Source of the DNA: Bdellovibrionota bacterium | GTDB taxonomy: Bacteria; Bdellovibrionota_C; UBA2361; OMIW01 | Direction of reading: 5' to 3' | Length of the DNA: 57,098 bases | Assembly: GCA_044345055.1 (NCBI GenBank) | Contig: JBIJBT010000005.1 | Coordinates: 1-57,098 of the forward strand | Part shown: piece after piece, positions 47,712 to 57,098 of the stretch | Numbering within the stretch: the stretch's first letter is position 1 | How the letters are laid out: each line of letters begins with the position of its first letter | Notes under the pieces: model-generated | What the model saw: the letters and a program-made list of their open reading frames with translations, nothing else | What the model was told of the DNA's origin: nothing | Database searches by the model: none | Program-made: the position numbers and the translations under genes

Positions 47712-48980
47712 CTACGAGGCCATCATCTTTCGTTCTTCGCCTCCCATAACGACTATCGGTAGGTCTGAGCCCAAAATTACCCCCGGGGTAATCACAATCT
47801 CTTTTATGTGAGGGCTGCTTGGAACATCAAACATTACATCGAGCATCGCTTTTTCAATGATTGCTCTTAATCCTCGCGCACCGGAGCGTCGCTCTAGAGC
47901 CTTTGTCGCGACAGCCTCAAGGGCGTCTGCTGTAAAGGTGAGTTCGACGCTATCCATAGAGAGGAGATGTTTGTATTGCTTGACCAGTGCATTTTTAGGC
48001 TTGGTTAGCACCTCAACGAGCGCTGCTTGATCGAGTTGATCGAGAGGAGCTATTACCGGGATACGGCCAACGAACTCCGGTATCATACCGAATCTGACGA
48101 GATCCTCCGTCTCAAGCTCACGTAGCAGCGAGGTATCCTCTGTTTTAATTCGTGAAGTCGTCTGTCCGAACCCGAGGGTTTTTTTCCCAATCCGCTGCTT
48201 GACTATCTTATCGAGCCCCTCAAATGCCCCTCCGATAATAAAGAGAATATTGGTGGTATCGACCTGAATAAACTCCTGTTGAGGATGTTTACGCCCTCCC
48301 TTTGGCGGAACATTTGCACGAGTCCCTTCTAGGATTTTTAAGAGCGCTTGCTGCACCCCCTCTCCCGATACATCTCTTGTGACGGAAGGCGTCTCACTTT
48401 TCCGGGCTATCTTATCGATTTCATCGATATACACGATTCCGCGCTGAGCTCGCTCAAGGTCGTAGTCACACGCCTGCAGAAGATTGACGATGATATTTTC
48501 AACATCCTCTCCAACATAACCGGCTTCTGTTAAGCTCGTTGCATCGGCGATCGTGAACGGAACATTTAAAACTCGCGCGAGAGTCTGTGCGAGCAAGGTT
48601 TTTCCTGAACCGGTTGGCCCGATAAGAAGGACGTTTGATTTTTGAATCTCGACGGGCTGGCGTTTGAGGCTGTTATTCTGAATACGTTTGTAGTGATTAT
48701 GCACAGCTACTGCGAGTACCCGTTTGGCGTAATCTTGCCCAATAATGTATTCATCGAGCTCTTTCTTGATATCTGTAGGAGTGGGAACAAGCGCCTTGTC
48801 TCCAGAAGATCCTTCATCCCTGATCTCTTCGGTTAGAATATCGTTGCACAGATCGACACATTCATCGCAGATAAAGACTCCGGGACCGGCGACCAGCTTA
48901 CGAACCTCATCCTGAGTTTTGCCACAGAACGAACAAACAAGAGATGAGCCGCTCTTTCCGTTCTCTTTAGCCATTAACAT
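47712..48980 (-). CDS. clpX: ATP-dependent Clp protease ATP-binding subunit
   Basis: CSFCGK zinc finger, [42 protein letters not shown]. Confidence 0.98.
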   Translation of the reverse strand: MLMAKENGKSGSSLVCSFCGKTQDEVRKLVAGPGVFICDECVDLCNDILTEEIRDEGSSGDKALVPTPTDIKKELDEYIIGQDYAKRVLAVAVHNHYKRIQNNSLKRQPVEIQKSNVLLIGPTGSGKTLLAQTLARVLNVPFTIADATSLTEAGYVGEDVENIIVNLLQACDYDLERAQRGIVYIDEIDKIARKSETPSVTRDVSGEGVQQALLKILEGTRANVPPKGGRKHPQQEFIQVDTTNILFIIGGAFEGLDKIVKQRIGKKTLGFGQTTSRIKTEDTSLLRELETEDLVRFGMIPEFVGRIPVIAPLDQLDQAALVEVLTKPKNALVKQYKHLLSMDSVELTFTADALEAVATKALERRSGARGLRAIIEKAMLDVMFDVPSSPHIKEIVITPGVILGSDLPIVVMGGEERKMMAS

Positions 48981-49419
48981 TTCTCCTAGTTTGGGCTGAG
49001 TCGCTACTCATCCATGATTATAGCACTCCACGGTGGGGAAACGGCCGATGAAACGACTCGCTCCTCTCTTTAGTTCAGATGCTCGGCCTGTTGATTCGGT
49101 GTGCGACGGAAAGGGCAAAATGTGAAGTTGTGTCATGTTTTTGCGCTAACAATTCAGCATGATGCAAGAAGATAGTGACGCCAGCGACAAGAAGTACCCG
49201 GGATTATGGGTTAATTCGTGTGGCTGAATAGTTACGTTGGGTTAGAGCATAGTCCGGAGATCTCAAAGAGAACTCTGGTAGGGGGGATGTTTTTAGTTTC
49301 TCTATTGATGAGTTCTATCTCACGATAAATCAGATGACCTTTTTTAAGTTCTGGATTACTCTACATCCATATTCAACGCGACGCTTATCATCATGCGTGG
49401 CCGACTTTTGGGGGCAATA

Positions 49420-49623
49420 ATGGCGAAATCTTTAATTAAGTTGGACGACAGGGTAAAGCGTGTACGCGGTGAGGGGTGTTATGGGACTGTGCGTGAGGTC
49501 CGAGCCGAGGTTTCGGTATCATCCGAATCAACCCGAGAAGTGGGCTATATCGTAGTTGTGTCTTGGGATAACGGCACCGTTTCATCGTTCAGCCCAGATG
49601 GGCTAGTCGTCATAAAAGGGTAA
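49420..49623 (+). CDS. Small hypothetical protein (SH3/KOW-like beta barrel suspected)
   Basis: DRVKRV...YGTVREV...VVSWDNG pattern; GGGG RBS. Confidence 0.55.
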   Translation: MAKSLIKLDDRVKRVRGEGCYGTVREVRAEVSVSSESTREVGYIVVVSWDNGTVSSFSPDGLVVIKG

Positions 49624-49678
49624 GGACTTCGGGACGCGAGCCGCTCTCCATAATAATGTCCATCCGCGCGGACAGTCA

Positions 49679-50275
49679 TCAGGAACGAGTCTTTTTGAGG
49701 GAGAATCGTTGCTCTTTACCCTCAATAATACGGCCGATATTTTGGCGATGCCGGGCGATGACCAGGAGCGCGACCGCCATCAGGGGCCACCTCAAGGGTT
49801 CAGCGGCAGGGATGGCGAGCAACGCTAAAATGACCGAAAGTGCCGCAGCCATTGAGGAAACCGAGACGATACGAGTTCCAATAAATGATGCGATAAATAC
49901 ACCAATAGCTATTGTGGCAAGCAGAGGAGAGAGTACTGCAATAACGCCGATGCTCGTGGCGACTCCTTTTCCCCCTTTTGAGACACCGGGAATGCTAAAG
50001 CAGTGACCGAATACCGCGAGCATTCCTGTTAACGCCGCCCCGAACGGATCTGCGAAAAACCAAAATCCAAGCCAAGTCGTGAGCACCCCCTTCGCGATAT
50101 CACCGAAAAGGGTGAAAAGCCCCGCTTTTTTTCCGAGGCTCCGGGCGACGTTGGTTGCTCCGACATTGCCACTACCGATATTTTCAATATCGATACCCCG
50201 CGATCTAGCCACGAGTCGGCCAACAGGTATGCTCCCGATGCAATATGAGATGATGAAGATGACGAAGGTCAACAT
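49679..50275 (-). CDS. plsY: Glycerol-3-phosphate acyltransferase
   Basis: YCIGSIP, GSGNVGATNVAR, GDIAKG, GGKGVAT, RHRQNI. Confidence 0.95.
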   Translation of the reverse strand: MLTFVIFIISYCIGSIPVGRLVARSRGIDIENIGSGNVGATNVARSLGKKAGLFTLFGDIAKGVLTTWLGFWFFADPFGAALTGMLAVFGHCFSIPGVSKGGKGVATSIGVIAVLSPLLATIAIGVFIASFIGTRIVSVSSMAAALSVILALLAIPAAEPLRWPLMAVALLVIARHRQNIGRIIEGKEQRFSLKKTRS

Positions 50276-50301
50276 ATCGCTTCTAATGGTGATATGACGA
50301 A

Positions 50302-50973
50302 TTAAACGGTGGCGGACGTTTCGAGCGCCCGTTTTTGAAGCTTTGAATAAGAAGCTTTGAGGTCGTTTCCTCGAAAAAGCGCGGAGCCAGCAACTAGTAG
50401 CGAAGCTCCCGCTTTTACGCACGGAGCGATTGTTTCATCGTTTATCCCGCCATCAACCTCGATAATGGTTGAAGATCCACGCTCTCGAATAATAGAGGTA
50501 AGATTAGAAATTTTTTGGAGGCACGACGGAATAAAAGGCTGCCCTCCCCATCCCGGATTTACAGTCATTATCAAAACAAGATCAGCAAGTTCAAGAACCT
50601 CGGTAATCGCCGATAATGGTGTTGCGGGATTGATAGCGACCCCAGATGAAATACCAAGCTCCTTGATGCGACCGAGCACTCGATGCAGATGTGGTGATAC
50701 CTCTTGATGAACGATGATCCGATCTGCTCCGGCTTTCGCAAAGCTATCAATCAGATGCTCGGGTTGAATCGTCATAAGATGGGCCTCAACAAATGTCCCC
50801 GGAATTGATTTCGCAAATGTGACCATATCGGCACCAAATGAAATCGGAGGAACAAATTGACCATCCATGACGTCTACATGTATGCAGCGAGCTCCAGCAT
50901 CAACTAACGCAGAAAGGTCGCGATGAAGATTTCCTAGTGGAGCCGCAAGCAGAGAGGGAGCAATGTGTGCCAT
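50302..50973 (-). CDS. rpe: Ribulose-phosphate 3-epimerase
   Basis: IAPSLL, HVDVMDGQFVP, MTVNPGWGGQ, EVDGGIN, VAGSA. Confidence 0.96.
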   Translation of the reverse strand: MAHIAPSLLAAPLGNLHRDLSALVDAGARCIHVDVMDGQFVPPISFGADMVTFAKSIPGTFVEAHLMTIQPEHLIDSFAKAGADRIIVHQEVSPHLHRVLGRIKELGISSGVAINPATPLSAITEVLELADLVLIMTVNPGWGGQPFIPSCLQKISNLTSIIRERGSSTIIEVDGGINDETIAPCVKAGASLLVAGSALFRGNDLKASYSKLQKRALETSATV

Positions 50974-51064
50974 GGTCGCAATCTAAATTAGGTACGATAC
51001 GGATTGGCGTTTAGTAGTTTTGGCGCAGAAAGGAGTCGTCGGCGTGCCCGACCAAATACTCGAT

Positions 51065-52072
51065 TTAATCACTCGAATCGGGCTTTTTCCCCAGTATTTC
51101 GCCTTTCTGGAGGGAGCGTCCCCGCAGAAAGTCAGAAATTGACACCGGTTGGCGGCCTTCTCTTTGAACGGTACGAAGGGCAATAGTGCCACGCCCTGTC
51201 GCGATGAGCCCCGCATCGGCCCCATCAATCACAAGGACCTCACCCGGCGTTGCGCAATTTGGAGTTGGAGAGTCGCTCGTTACCGCATCCAAAATACGCA
51301 AACGCCCTCCACTAAACCAGGTAAATGCACCCGGAAATGGAGACATACCCAAAACCTTTCGTTCTATTGCTGAAGCCGATTCATCCCACGAAATTTCACA
51401 CTCTGAACCTGCAATTTTATTGGCATAGGTTGCACCAGCTTCACTTTGAGGGCAAGCCTCTCGCTCACCGGAGAGAATAGCTACAAGATCTGTTTCGATG
51501 GCTCGACAAGCCAAATCGCAGAGACGATCGTGAAGAGACCCGGTTGTTTCATGTGGTTCAATTATTAAAGGGGACGATGAAAATACTGGCCCGGTATCGA
51601 GCCCTTCCTCCATTTTCATGAGACAGATTCCCGTTTCGCTGTCTCCTGCTAAAACCGCACGATGTATTGGCGCTGCGCCTCGCCAGCGGGGAAGTAGAGA
51701 GGCATGAACATTGATGCATCGATCGTGGAGAAGGTGAAGAAAAGAGGGAGGTAGCAGTCCTCCATACGCGACAACCACAGCTCCGGTGACGGGGCCGTTT
51801 TCCTTGATAAATGTTTCGACCGCTTCCCCCTCGCGTTTAATCGAGGTGGGCTGTAAAAGCGGAATCCCCAAATCAAGAGCTGTTTTTGCAACTGGAGGAG
51901 GGCTCAGCCGTTTTCCACGTCCAGAGGGTCGGTCCGGCTGCGAGATTACCCAAGCCACCTCAATGTGTGGCATGGTGACGAGTTTGTGTAGGATGCGGTC
52001 TGCAAAGATTGGCGTCCCAAGAAATCCCACCCGAAATCTATTAGAATCTCCCCGCACGTTCGAATCATTCAT
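51065..52072 (-). CDS. fmt: Methionyl-tRNA formyltransferase
   Basis: FLGTP, SQPDRPSGRG, INVHASLLPRWRGAAPI, GLDTGP. Confidence 0.97.
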   Translation of the reverse strand: MNDSNVRGDSNRFRVGFLGTPIFADRILHKLVTMPHIEVAWVISQPDRPSGRGKRLSPPPVAKTALDLGIPLLQPTSIKREGEAVETFIKENGPVTGAVVVAYGGLLPPSFLHLLHDRCINVHASLLPRWRGAAPIHRAVLAGDSETGICLMKMEEGLDTGPVFSSSPLIIEPHETTGSLHDRLCDLACRAIETDLVAILSGEREACPQSEAGATYANKIAGSECEISWDESASAIERKVLGMSPFPGAFTWFSGGRLRILDAVTSDSPTPNCATPGEVLVIDGADAGLIATGRGTIALRTVQREGRQPVSISDFLRGRSLQKGEILGKKPDSSD

Positions 52073-52147
52073 ACGATCGAATTATTCATACAGTCGAAAC
52101 GTTCATAAGGAGCTGCTCGCTGACGATTTCTCTTTAAACATGCCGGG

Positions 52148-52645
52148 TCATTGAGGCCGATTTTTTTTCCACCAACGACGAAACATATCTCGTTTTAGCT
52201 GACTCAGCCTATCGACAAAAAGTATTCCATCGAGGTGATCTATCTCATGTTGCAGACAAACCGCCTGCAGTCCTGTGGCCTCGATCGATACGGGCAATCC
52301 AGTAGCACCAAAACCATCAACCCTAACGCTGTCAAAGCGACTCACCTTCGCGCGATATCCCGGAATACTCAGGCAGCCCTCCTCAAATTCGATTGAGCCA
52401 CTTTGCTCGGATACGACCGGATTCACTATAGCAAGTGGTTCGTCGCGGTTTTTTGAAATATCTGCAACAAGCACCCGGAGCGAAACACCAATCTGAGGGG
52501 CAGCAAGACCGATGCCATCTTCAAAGTACATCGTTTCTAGCATATCCTCGATGAGCTTCAATAAATCGGCCGAAAAATCGGTTACTTCGGGGCATCTCCG
52601 AAGTAAAATAGGATCAGGATATATGGTAAGAGGACGGTTCGTCAT
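52148..52645 (-). CDS. def: Peptide deformylase
   Basis: GIGLAAPQIG, EGCLS, QHEIDHLDG. Confidence 0.97.
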   Translation of the reverse strand: MTNRPLTIYPDPILLRRCPEVTDFSADLLKLIEDMLETMYFEDGIGLAAPQIGVSLRVLVADISKNRDEPLAIVNPVVSEQSGSIEFEEGCLSIPGYRAKVSRFDSVRVDGFGATGLPVSIEATGLQAVCLQHEIDHLDGILFVDRLSQLKRDMFRRWWKKNRPQ

Positions 52646-52830
52646 AACACGGCTAGGTTATCATATAGTGTGAATACGACAACCGCTCGGCGAGGGGGAG
52701 GGGTGTTAAAGTTTGATTGGTGGAGTAGCATTAAACTATTTGCGAGAACAGGTAGTACATCGCGCCGTCACTAATGATCGATGGGTGAAGAAAGGGAGCG
52801 CGGTATGTTCGAATTAATCGGGGCAGGCTG

Positions 52831-53274
52831 ATGATAATGGAGCTAGAAGAGGCGCAGTTACTTCGGATGTTGACGAATCTCTTCGGCCGAGACCAGGTTG
52901 TTTGTCGCATGAGCGCACTAGCAGTTTGCGGGGGACACGTTTCGGTAGTTCCCGATGTGCTGCAGGGAGGGTTCGCTGACTCTGTAGAGTTATCTCGATG
53001 GGCCGCCAGAGAGAGCTGTCTTTTTACTGTTGTTGATGCCGATGATATCCCTAAACTTGTTTTTGAGTTTGCGGCTGAGTTTCATCAGGTGGTAGATCCA
53101 ATTGAGGAGGAACGTCAGCGCGTTTTACCGACACTCCTAGAACAAGCGGGTGTTAAGTATGTTAAAATACTGAAACGTGATTTTTACGCGATGTTGGACC
53201 CACAGGTAAACTTTGATCTCGTCATGATGCTGGAGGGTTTTTTTGGCGACGGCGAGGATGACGATGAAGGGTGA
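52831..53274 (+). CDS. Hypothetical protein
   Basis: 147-aa ORF with acidic tail; no recognised motif. Confidence 0.6.
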   Translation: MIMELEEAQLLRMLTNLFGRDQVVCRMSALAVCGGHVSVVPDVLQGGFADSVELSRWAARESCLFTVVDADDIPKLVFEFAAEFHQVVDPIEEERQRVLPTLLEQAGVKYVKILKRDFYAMLDPQVNFDLVMMLEGFFGDGEDDDEG

Positions 53275-54379
53275 TATAGGGAGGCTTTCGCTTCCAGCAA
53301 TCTACCTATTCCTCCTAATGCTCGGGATGCTGCTCGGTCGAAGCATTTTTTCTGAATCATTTCGGTCGGGACAAGCTCATTATTGGCTCATAATTCCGCT
53401 GTTATTTGTTACATCTCGATTGAGACTCGGTCGATCTAGTCCAGTCGCTTGCCCTCGTTGGATTATGATTGGTTCTATCGTTGTCTTGAGCGGTATAGGA
53501 GCCATTTCGTTGATTAATGATCTTGTTGATTTGATATATCCTCCGGCGGTAGTTGTTGAGCGTTTTGATGGGGATAGTATTGGCTCAACAACAGCGCGAT
53601 TTGCCGAGCAATTGAGTAATCAATGGCAGCAGAATGATTTAAGGGGCGATAAGAAATTTAGGTTTTCACTTCGCAACAGAACTGGTTCTGATAATAATAC
53701 GGGTACACCCCCGTTCTTCCGTGTTGCGGGAACGGAGCGATGGCTGCGTGTTTCGATGCCACCAGCTCAACCAACGCTGTTAACGAGTGTCGCACATCCG
53801 TTGTTGGTCCCATTTATTCCTCCCCTCAGGCTTTGGGGCGGAGGCGTACCTTTCGGGATGGAGGTCGATCAAATAGGTGCAACGGCTCAATTTTTAACTC
53901 TTCTTGCTGATGGCATGATGACAGAAAGCGAAGAGGGTGATCTTGCGCTTATCGATGCATCCAAGCTCGGTGGAAAATGGACCTCTCGTATTCATCAGGG
54001 AATCCCGCTTTTGTTGGCGGCGGAGCGCCGATTAAAACGAGCCGTGCGCGGAGAGCATCTCCAGATGGTTTATGTTTCATGCGCACTTCGACAATTGTCT
54101 CGTGCTCTGTCATCAGGTTCTTTTCACGGCGACCCTGAGCTGGAGGCGGCGCTTCGAACCGATTATGGTGTTGCGCTATGGCTCTCTGGAATATCAACAC
54201 CAGGACTTACGCCTCAACATCGAGCTATCGCTCTTTGGAAAACGGTTGCATCACGGAAAGAGCTCCCGGAGCTTGCGCGGGTCGCAGCAAGAGAGAACGC
54301 AGCTTGGGCTGTCGCTGAATTAGCAAAAGGCAAGAAAGCTAATCGAAAAAAAAGCCGCAATAATCGCGGAGCGAAGTAA
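53264..54379 (+). CDS. Hypothetical membrane-anchored protein
   Basis: Three N-terminal hydrophobic segments, basic C-tail; overlaps upstream stop; start uncertain. Confidence 0.6.
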   Translation: MKGDIGRLSLPAIYLFLLMLGMLLGRSIFSESFRSGQAHYWLIIPLLFVTSRLRLGRSSPVACPRWIMIGSIVVLSGIGAISLINDLVDLIYPPAVVVERFDGDSIGSTTARFAEQLSNQWQQNDLRGDKKFRFSLRNRTGSDNNTGTPPFFRVAGTERWLRVSMPPAQPTLLTSVAHPLLVPFIPPLRLWGGGVPFGMEVDQIGATAQFLTLLADGMMTESEEGDLALIDASKLGGKWTSRIHQGIPLLLAAERRLKRAVRGEHLQMVYVSCALRQLSRALSSGSFHGDPELEAALRTDYGVALWLSGISTPGLTPQHRAIALWKTVASRKELPELARVAARENAAWAVAELAKGKKANRKKSRNNRGAK

Positions 54380-54436
54380 TTTTTACTACTATATTGAAAT
54401 CCCTTTAAACCGGAAAAATCAAAAAAGGTTTAGGCT

Positions 54437-55396
54437 ATGCACTCTATTTCGCACGATGATTTCTTATTGGCATTGGATCGATGCTCTCTGAGCGGATTCG
54501 ATCAACATTATTCAGGAAAAGTGCGTGAGTGCTTTGTCAGTGGCTCGACGAGATTGCTCGTTGCAACTGATAGACTTAGCTGTTTTGACCGTATCATTAG
54601 CACTATACCGTTTAAAGGGCAGGTTTTAACGAGCCTGTCGCGGTTTTGGTTCGAACGAATAAAGGGCCAAATTCCAACACATTTCATAGAGCTTGTTGAT
54701 CCGTCAGTTATGGCGGTCAAGAGTGCTGAGGTCATTCCTTTTGAGGTCGTTGTTAGGGGATATCTGGCGGGGAGTGCGTGGCGGGCTTATCGATCTGGAG
54801 TTTCTGTTCCAGGCCTTTGCCTTCCTGAGGGGCTCAATGAATTCGATGAACTGCCCCAACCAGTTATTACTCCATCAACAAAAGCAGCTGTTGGCGCTCA
54901 TGACGCCCCGGTTTCAGTTGAAGATATTAGTCGCTCAGGATTCGTTAGTGGTGCCGAGTGGGGCTTAATTGCTGATATGGCGCTTGAGCTCTTCTCAGAG
55001 GGGCAACGACACGCAAAGTCGCAGGGTCTTCTTCTGGCAGATACCAAGTACGAATTTGGACGAATCGGTGATCAGATAATCTTGATTGATGAAGTTCACA
55101 CCCTCGATTCATCGCGATATTGGGAGATGGCTTCCTATGAGTCGTGTCGTAAAGAGGGGCGCGCCCCTGTTATGATTGATAAAGAGCCAGTAAGGCGTTG
55201 GTTGTTGGAGAGAGGGTATCAGGGAGAAGGTGAACCCCCAGTGTTACCCGATGCTGAGAGGCTTAAAGTAGCATCTCACTATGTGGATTCTCACCAGCGA
55301 ATCTTAGGAGAGATTTTTACACCGGAACGCTCCGAGCCTCTACCCCGCATAGTTCGGTCTTTAAATGAGGCAGGCTATCACTGCTCAGTAGATTAG
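54437..55396 (+). CDS. purC: SAICAR synthetase
   Basis: GKVRE, TDRLSCFD, EVVVRGYLAGS, TPSTKA, DTKYEFG, DEVHTLDSSRYW. Confidence 0.96.
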   Translation: MHSISHDDFLLALDRCSLSGFDQHYSGKVRECFVSGSTRLLVATDRLSCFDRIISTIPFKGQVLTSLSRFWFERIKGQIPTHFIELVDPSVMAVKSAEVIPFEVVVRGYLAGSAWRAYRSGVSVPGLCLPEGLNEFDELPQPVITPSTKAAVGAHDAPVSVEDISRSGFVSGAEWGLIADMALELFSEGQRHAKSQGLLLADTKYEFGRIGDQIILIDEVHTLDSSRYWEMASYESCRKEGRAPVMIDKEPVRRWLLERGYQGEGEPPVLPDAERLKVASHYVDSHQRILGEIFTPERSEPLPRIVRSLNEAGYHCSVD

Positions 55397-55448
55397 CGTT
55401 GAATATGGAAGCACTGCGAAAATATTTCGGAATTGGTGAGATCAGAAA

Positions 55449-56948
55449 ATGCGAGCAATAGAGTGGGTCTTTTTTTTGTTGGTCGTTGGTTTATCGATTA
55501 CAACACCGCTCGTTGATCCAGACCTTTGGTGGCATCTCACGATTGGTCGTTGGATTCTCGGTCACGATGCTCTGCCGACCGTCGAGTTATGGAATCGTTT
55601 CGGATACGGCCATCAGTTTGTTCCCTATTCGTGGAGCTTTGAAATCCTTGTAGCGGGATTGGAACGGGTCGGAGGATTACGTGCCGTACTCGTAGGACAG
55701 ATTGTTTTGGTTGGTATACTCGCGCTTACGATGGGATGGTGTATCTCTCAAGCTGCTAAAGATGCCTTCTTTGGTGCTATTATTGGTGCCATGGTTACAT
55801 CAGGATTTGTAGCGCAATATACCCTGCGGCCTCAATCTATAGTTTGGCTTCTATTTGCCCTTCTTTTGGTCGTTTGCTTTCAGATTCGAAATGAGGGGAT
55901 CTCTCGCGGAAGACTGTTAAGTCTCGCCATTATTTCGGGATGTTGGGCAAATCTTCACATTACAACGATCCTCGCTATCGGAACTATTGTCGTCTCTCTC
56001 TTTTCTATCAAAGAACACAAACGTTGGATCTTGCCTCTTGCAGTTGCTCTTTTTGCAACGTGTTGCACACCGCACTTCGGATATGAATGGATTGTGTTTT
56101 TCTCCAAAGCAGACCATCCGATAGCGCTTCGTTCGATTGCCGAATTTGGTGCTGGCACGATTCTCGATTATCCAGTCGGAATTCTGGGAATTTTAGTAGC
56201 TCTCTTGCTCGGATTTCTCCATATCTCTCCCCGAGCCGTACCCGCTCCTTTGTTGGTCTTGGTCGGCATATTTACCCTCGTGGGGCTTGCTGTTGTGAAG
56301 TTTTTGCCTTTTGCGCTGGTCTCCACCGGCTATGCCCTCGGAGTCGCGTGGTATACTCTGCGAAAAGATGATCTTTTGGGTCCTGCTGCGAATCTAGTTG
56401 AGGGATTTGAGCGGCTAAGGAGAGTGGTAATCCATTGCTCGGGTGGAGGCCTTTCGTTTCTCCTGCTCAGTTTGACTGTCATAAAGGTTCACTCTCTTAT
56501 GGTGAGTGACACCATCGTGGGAAAAAACGTTCCGCAGGGTGCACTAGATTTTATGATCGAGCATCAACTGCCGCGACCATTCATGAACACCTTCGGCGAT
56601 GGAGGGTATCTAATGTATCGGTTGAGCAATGAGTCGGGGGAGTTGTCGGCAGAAGATCGAGTGAATATTGATGGAAGAACGAATGTCAATGATGCTGAGG
56701 TTATGGTTTTAAACCAGACAGCCCTCAACGGTGATGTGCATTGGCATCGATACCTAGATAAGGTTCGACCGGCTAGTATAATTTGGCGTAACCAAAGCCC
56801 CTTAACCTCCATCTTACTTGCTACGGATGAGTGGTGTCGTGTGTACGCTGAAGGTTCGAGCGAATCGGGCCATTCTGTTTTTCTAAGGAGAGTTCAGGCT
56901 GGGACGGGAGATCTTCCTCCATGTCTTACTACTCCCTCTAATTCTTAG
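55449..56948 (+). CDS. Polytopic membrane protein, GT-C glycosyltransferase-like
   Basis: DPDLWWHL..GRWI N-terminal motif, LRPQ, WANLH, GGYL, IDGR; many TM helices. Confidence 0.7.
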   Translation: MRAIEWVFFLLVVGLSITTPLVDPDLWWHLTIGRWILGHDALPTVELWNRFGYGHQFVPYSWSFEILVAGLERVGGLRAVLVGQIVLVGILALTMGWCISQAAKDAFFGAIIGAMVTSGFVAQYTLRPQSIVWLLFALLLVVCFQIRNEGISRGRLLSLAIISGCWANLHITTILAIGTIVVSLFSIKEHKRWILPLAVALFATCCTPHFGYEWIVFFSKADHPIALRSIAEFGAGTILDYPVGILGILVALLLGFLHISPRAVPAPLLVLVGIFTLVGLAVVKFLPFALVSTGYALGVAWYTLRKDDLLGPAANLVEGFERLRRVVIHCSGGGLSFLLLSLTVIKVHSLMVSDTIVGKNVPQGALDFMIEHQLPRPFMNTFGDGGYLMYRLSNESGELSAEDRVNIDGRTNVNDAEVMVLNQTALNGDVHWHRYLDKVRPASIIWRNQSPLTSILLATDEWCRVYAEGSSESGHSVFLRRVQAGTGDLPPCLTTPSNS

Positions 56949-57078
56949 TATTCCAGACCTTCAAAAAGATCGGAATTTTGAGAAGATGATAAAGTTTTAG
57001 TAACTATTCAGCCCACATTTTTAAAGGAGTCATTTGAAAGACATAAAAAGCATGAAACGCAGTGGTGATTTGGGTGGC

Positions 57079-57098
57079 TCGACTCGCTCAACGCTCGT
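57079..57098. repeat. Start of another TCGACTCGCT..CGCTCG REP-like repeat (cut by window end)
   Basis: TCGACTCGCTCAACGCTCG matches the repeat core at 18856, 19767 and 19949. Confidence 0.5.

Noticed and set aside
49019..49050. CIRCE-like half site TAGCACTC upstream of clpX
   Set aside because: No second arm GAGTGCTAA at 9-nt spacing

Overview
Bacterial chromosomal window from a Gram-negative-type organism (lipoproteins, OmpA and lspA present; taxon cannot be fixed from sequence alone). It opens with the 3' end of an rRNA operon (23S, 5S) and continues mostly through housekeeping genes: mraY-murD-ftsW-murG, aspS, glgP, an M20 peptidase, rarA, secA, hemW, purL, an MltD-like transglycosylase, lspA, clpX, plsY, rpe, fmt, def and purC. 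The main accessory region is a ~5.3 kb mosaic island (about 14670-20045) at the 3' end of a minus-strand tmRNA gene (20045-20442). Four copies of a 31-bp palindrome divide this island into modules. At least three copies sit exactly where a gene or IS is cut off. The cargo includes RhuM, a class III Fic protein and a secreted protein with a sigma54-like promoter. Next to tmRNA are two tandem units, each made of a small GIY-YIG nuclease gene, a TTCGACTCG hairpin and the tmRNA 3' end. Other notable items: a ~420-nt ORF-free, multi-helix candidate ncRNA upstream of a catalytically degenerate DEAD-box-like protein; a CarH-like B12-binding domain fused to a C-terminal XRE HTH, divergent from an IS3-OrfA-like HTH/AT-hook protein; and a TA-bounded MITE-like palindrome family. 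All calls come from manual motif recognition; no database searches were run.
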